Shown here: piece after piece, positions 60,076 through 64,000 of the stretch
How the letters are laid out: every line of letters begins with the position of its first letter
Numbering within the stretch: the stretch's first letter is position 1
NCBI RefSeq assembly: GCF_001194135.2
Contig: NC_068992.1
Span: 61,193,876-61,257,875, forward strand
Direction: 5' to 3'
Origin: Octopus bimaculoides
Lineage: Eukaryota
DNA length: 64,000 bases
Position numbers and translations under genes: made by a program
The notes under the pieces: model-generated
Databases searched by the model: none
What the model was told of the DNA's origin: nothing
Seen by the model: the letters and a program-made list of their open reading frames with translations, nothing else

Positions 60076-63000
60076 TACAGTCACTTGCACATACATACAC
60101 ACTTTCATATATTCACATAGGTAAATAGATCTCTGTTGTTGAATTTACTGGTCATTGAATTAGCATATAAGTGGCTGAGTATTTCACAGGTACATACACA
60201 CTTAAAGTAATTCTCAGGCAGAATTGACATCACTCAGTCACAGTATGTAATAATAGTGGACTTTGGAATTACAGGTTCAATCCATCTGAAAGGCTTCTAC
60301 CAAATTTTTCTCACAAGGCTTGGATTGACTCAAAGCTATGGTAAAATGAATCTTGTCTTTTGTCCATGATATACAGTTGGTTCAAACCTTTACAAAATGG
60401 AAGGAAAATCAATATGACAATTAGCTTTACTAAATATCAATTGATTAGAATTTTTTTACATATCAGTGATTATTTTTTTCTTTCCCTCAGCAATACAGTA
60501 GTAAAATTAAACAAACTCTGATGAGGTTTAATGGCTCTGTGTTTGCAATTAGTTTGAGACTTATGCTGCCCAGAATTTGAGATGTGTTAGAGTTCATTCC
60601 AGAAAGAGGCTTCCCTTGGACCTTCAACTTCTAATGGAACCATAGGAGTACCATTGTGACATACACTATTGTGGGCATTTGTAAGCCTGGTATAGTACAT
60701 CCCTCTCCAGCTCTGACAACAGACAATTTTTTTCAAAGAACAAAAGAGAAATAAAGAGCTAGAACACTTGTTTCTACTTCAAACTCAATATGAAACATTG
60801 TGGTGCAGCATTGGTTTTACCTGGTGGGCTGTATTGTGCACCTGCCAGCTAATTGATATCTAAAAAAAATTATGATGTGGACATTTGAAGATGGGAAATG
60901 AACCAGCCTAAGAATGCTTGGGGCCAAACATACCCAGAAAACCTCAAATTCATGAGGACCAGTTGGACAGAAGCAGAAAAAACTGTGATTGGTCAACAGA
61001 TCAGTAGACCAACCACAGTACAAGGCTGGTATTCTATTTATCAGCCCTAAAAGTAAGGAAGGGAGGCTGGCAGGCAAAGGTTGTCATTGAGGGCAGAGAG
61101 TAAGAATTGCTACAAGGCAATCTATATGATGCTCTAATCACTGGGCTAAATTTGCTGTCTTACTCTGATATTTTAATCCTATAGCATTTAAATCAGCTTT
61201 GTCTGGCTCAAATGTTTTACCTGTTTAAGTCCAAACTAATCAGATCTAGCCTTTCACATCTACCCTACAATGCCATTTTCAAAATAAATAATCCCATCAT
61301 TGAAATCTCGAAGCTATGAGTTAATGCATAAATTAATTCAAAACAATGTGAATAAATAAGCATCACATTTGACAGATAATCTGAATGCTGAAGGTTTCAT
61401 TGGATATTTTAGGCTTTATGCTGATTTTGTATATTTCTAATTTACCAAATTTACACCTGTATGTAAATTAGTATACACACGTGTAAACTAATAAGTATTT
61501 TCTATAAACTGTTTTATCTACATAGCACATTATACTGATTATGAACATAGACACGCAGATGTCAACACTTCTTTTTTTGACATCACAGTATACTGAAAAT
61601 ATTTATATATTCACTTTTATGCATAGACATCTCAAAGTGTGACAAATTCACAAGATTTTTCGCAACCCCAGGTATTAAATATGAAATAAAACATACAAAT
61701 AAATAAATCATTTTTTTCTGCTAAACATACATATAAAGAAAAGTAGTTATATTATTTGTCAAAATAAAAGTAGTTTTGGGATTTGTGCATTTGTGAAATA
61801 ACATATAAACTGAAATTCAAATGTTTGAATTTAATTTTTGCGATCCCAGCATTTTGCGTCACAACCCCATTTGGGGTCACGATCCATAGTTTAAGAAGCA
61901 CTGATCTGAAGCAACGTTAAATGATGTCTTTTGCTCAAGAGCAAAACACACCACCCTGCCATGCACATACATTGACACAGTTTACTGAATGTAAACATGA
62001 ATATACATTTATTCATAGACTCTATACATTTAACCATAAACATACTTTACACAACGGTTTATTAAATAAAAGCATTGACACACATGTATTCATACATTCA
62101 TTTATTTTGAAATCACAGAATACATCACATATGCAGATACACTCACAAATTTATGCAGGCACACATCCACATCCACCCATGCACCCACATACACACACAC
62201 ACACACACACACTCACCGACATTTGTTGACATCACACTTAGTTTATTGAATAAATACACTTACGCATTTATACATACACGTTTTTTTTATATTACTATAT
62301 ATCCAAAATAAGTATAGATAGATACCCACACATTCATACATACATTATACATTTTGTGCATCACTGTCTACTGAGCAGACAACACGTTTTTCTCACCATC
62401 AGTGAATATTAAATATAGACTTATATTCAATGAAGTTGAGAAAATGTGTGTAGATCTAAGACACGCATGCACACACACGCATGCATCAATGCATAATCTA
62501 TATGTGTGTATGATATGAAAAATTGCAAGTGAAACTTTACTGTTATTATTTGGATTTTTTTCCAGTGACCCAAATGTAATCATATTTAAAAAATTCATTT
62601 AGATTAATTTAAGAGGTTTATTAATTGTAAATCTATATAGTAAAATCAATGGATATTCTCATGTTATTAATGGGATCTAGATTTTTAAGGTCATGGCATA
62701 TATGGAATGTGTTGGGTTGGTTTTTCTTTTCAACAAACTCTCAACTTCATTTTTTTGTTTTTCTTTAAAGCTATATGAATTAAAGATCTCACTAAATTAT
62801 ATTAGCATTAGAAATATCTCGTATGTGCTAATTCATAGAAAATAGTTAAAATGACTGAGGAGTATAGAAAAAGTTATTGATTAAAAACAAGTCCCTGAAT
62901 TAAGCATTATTATTATTATTATTATTAAGGTGGCAAGCTGGCTGAATCGTTAGCATGCTGAGTTCAAATTCCACTGAGGTCAACTTTACCTTTCATTCTT

Positions 63001-63124
63001 TTGGGGTCAGTAAAGTACCTGTTATTCACTGGTGTTGATGTAATTAACTAGTCCCCTCCCCTGAAATTACTGGTCTTGTACCAGCAATTTAGTCTACCCC
63101 TATTTACACACACATATGCATCCA

Positions 63125-63510
63125 CCCATTTTTTTGCCCACTATTCTTGGGAAGGTTGTTGGGGTAGAGTCTTCAAGCATTGTCCCCTTAGGGTCCTATC
63201 AGAAGCAACCATCAATAGATTTTCAGGGTAGATTCCCAAGCATGAGCAATTGAGACTATGGATATAATCCAATCATCTCATTTTTAGTCTTCCCCTAAGT
63301 CCCTTGCTACTTGGCTCAGCTTGAAGAGTCTGTCTTTTGATTCTTTCCTGCAACATTCTAATCACATGTCTATAGTACCTGAGCTTTGACCTCTCTACAT
63401 AGAGAAGTAGCAGCTTGACTTGAAGAGACTCTCCGATCTCTGAGCTATGCATCCTGTTGAGGAATGTTACTCCAGATATCCTTTGGATGAAACTCATTGC
63501 AACCACTTAT
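63125..63510 (-). mobile_element. RTE (Expander/Rex3-like) LINE 3' fragment
   Basis: ORF 63273-63506: MSFIQRISGVTFLNRMHSSEIGESLQVKLLLLYVERSKLRYYRHVIRMLQERIKRQTLQAEPSSKGLRGRLKMR. Confidence 0.8.
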
Positions 63511-64000
63511 ATTTGTGATCATACTCTTTCAGTTATTACATTGCTCAACATACATTAACAAAGGTGAGGATAAACATAAAAACCAAATTGATGATTGTGA
63601 GTTTGAATCTTTTACCAACCTCTGATCTTCTGAGGCCAATTATCAAAAAGATGATGTTTTAGTTTAGTGAAAGGAAATCTTTATTTCATTGTTAATCTGT
63701 ACCATTTATAAGAAATATCTAAATGTCAATGTCTTAATTTATCTGTGTTTGCTTCATTATGAATTCATCAGTGTTAAAGATAATTTTTTTGTTTTGTTTT
63801 GTTAGATAGTAACATGGCTGGTTGTCTTTTATAGCATTGATTTCCATTGTTTTTTTTTTAACTCCTTTTCTTTTGAATCTTATATTTTTTATTCAGAGAA
63901 CAAAATTTTGTTGATTTTTATTTTTGCTTTAATATCCAGTTTTCCATATTTACATGGGTTGAACAGATTTTGTTAAGGCAGATTTTTATGGCCGGACATA

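Noticed and set aside
60481-60510. Strong-looking acceptor tttccctcag after the last exon
   Set aside because: The required phase gives AIQ-stop at once, with no similarity to expected downstream sequence; next exon probably beyond the window

Overview
Eukaryotic, AT-rich, microsatellite-laden scaffold with six N-gaps. The repeat families and style point to an octopus/coleoid cephalopod (inference). No prokaryotic features, CRISPR, rRNA or true tRNA genes were seen. The whole window lies inside one + strand multi-exon gene encoding a FERM-domain protein of the FRMD5/FRMD3 type. Nine exons with canonical AG/GT sites and matching phases (8466-8586, 15641-15728, 19523-19611, 20218-20281, 32503-32523, 50936-51024, 52181-52258, 53802-53870, 58445-58536) splice into one open frame covering FERM-B, FERM-C and the FERM-adjacent region: (A)ELGDYDEQDHPPGYVSQFKMLPKQNPRMEEQIAEIHKTLQKQVPAEAEKNFLKKAASLDTYGIDPHHVKDQKGNPLFLGITHQGIMTFHGNRRTHLFTWSQMKRIVYEGKMFIVHVNTAEDEEIPKKKQQPIGYKCPTTSACKYLWRCAVEQQFFFTLSSSTNAPKVRSGGSLLTRGSRFRFSGRCQTEAIAASGGISRPEPAFTRSSSLPNFNHKRDSKVPLRNMSMTRDAAIKE(G). 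The start and stop lie outside the window. Introns are filled with several SINE families, LINE fragments (RTE, CR1-like, R4/Dong-like), Penelope-like elements, a mariner remnant and many MITEs. Most interesting: (1) two head-to-head hammerhead-ribozyme-like motifs with a non-canonical CCGAUGA core, plus a separate minimal hammerhead; (2) a 21-nt microexon and a candidate frame-shifting 4-nt microexon; (3) a two-copy bipartite (5'+3' fused) RTE derivative; (4) a long-TIR element enclosing telomere-like repeats, and several long hairpins in the pre-mRNA. Nearly all ORFs in the supplied track are microsatellite or repeat artefacts. Repeat boundaries are by eye and approximate.
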